Assembly (NCBI RefSeq): GCF_004010195.1
Contig: NC_057718.1
Coordinates: forward strand, 42,856,523 to 42,920,522
Direction: 5' to 3'
Origin: Chiloscyllium plagiosum
Lineage: Eukaryota
Length of the DNA stretch: 64,000 bases
The notes under the pieces were generated by a model, which was not told the origin of the DNA, made no database searches, and saw only the letters and a program-made list of their open reading frames with translations. Shown piece by piece: positions 63,261 through 64,000 of this stretch (positions are counted from its first letter, which is position 1; each line of letters opens with the position of its first letter). The position numbers and the translations under genes are program-made.

Positions 63261-63570
63261 TTGATTAGATTAGATTAGGGCCTGGAAACAGGCCTTTCAA
63301 GTCCACACCGACCCCTCCAAAGAGCAACCCACCCAGATCCATTCCCCTACATTTACCCCTTCACCTAACACCACGGGCAATTTAGCATGGCCAATTCACC
63401 TAACCTGCACATTTTTGGACTGTAGGAGGAAATCCACACAGACACGGGGAGAATGTGCAAACTCCACACAGACAGTTGCCTGAGGCAGGAATTGAACCCG
63501 GGTCTCTGGCGCTGTGAGGCAGCAGTGCTAACCACTGTGCCACCGTGCCGCCCCTGCCACTGTGCCGCCC
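63261..63570 (-). mobile_element. HE1-type SINE, young, with duplicated 5' end
   Basis: Intact A/B boxes with CpGs retained; (ttaga)n tail; extra ccactgtgccgccc at 63557-63570. Confidence 0.92.
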
Positions 63571-64000
63571 ACAAAAATACTGCAGATACAAGCATCTCTT
63601 CAAGGCATTATAAAGAATTTCAATCAGTAGTCCTTTGTCAGTTGTCCAATTATCCTTGAAAATCCAGGTATAATTTCTAAATCAATATTCATTTTCAAGA
63701 GAAAACATTTTACTAGTCTGCTATTCTCAAAGTGAACAGATAATAAAGATATGGAGAGAGTAGTGAGTGAAACCATTTGGACTTTCCTATCCTATTCTAA
63801 AGGTTTTTTTGTCAAACAAGGTTAAAGGTTGACAGAGTTATTGACTTCATGCTAGCGTATGTCTCTCTACCTACCATCAATTGCCCCTTACTGTCCCCAT
63901 GTCAACTTAATGCCAATTTGTGCCAAACCATGACCTCTTAATTATCCTCAAAGCCCTTCATAGCAGAAGTGCTAACCAAGTACAAACTCATGTATGTACT

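Overview
Eukaryotic, AT-rich, repeat-dense genomic DNA with two assembly gaps (3032-3340, 48103-48200). The repeat complement (HE1-type tRNA SINEs, abundant CR1 LINEs, DeuSINE/SacSINE1-like copies, Penelope-like elements) indicates a cartilaginous fish, probably a shark. No complete host gene is visible; nearly all listed ORFs are transposon fragments or noise. Main contents: (i) many 5'-truncated CR1 LINEs, often nested; (ii) at least three Penelope-like element (PLE) families whose pseudo-LTRs carry minimal hammerhead ribozyme motifs, one with an intact core (21553-21587, minus); (iii) an internally deleted Gypsy element (about 16900-23200, minus) whose gag holds a 4.2 kb stack of PLE, CR1 and RTE insertions; (iv) a fossil two-gene PIF/Harbinger transposon (transposase + at about 46.8-47.4 kb, spliced Myb/SANT gene - at about 51.1-53.2 kb) split by nested CR1 and SINE copies; (v) Tx1/L1 and RTE 3' ends, two pogo/Tigger-type MITEs and a solo LTR. 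The first 2.3 kb may hold two alternative phase-1 terminal exons of an unidentified + strand host gene, one hydrophobic/GPI-like and one Cys-containing. All family assignments come from reading motifs by eye, and repeat boundaries are approximate unless a TSD or TIR is quoted.
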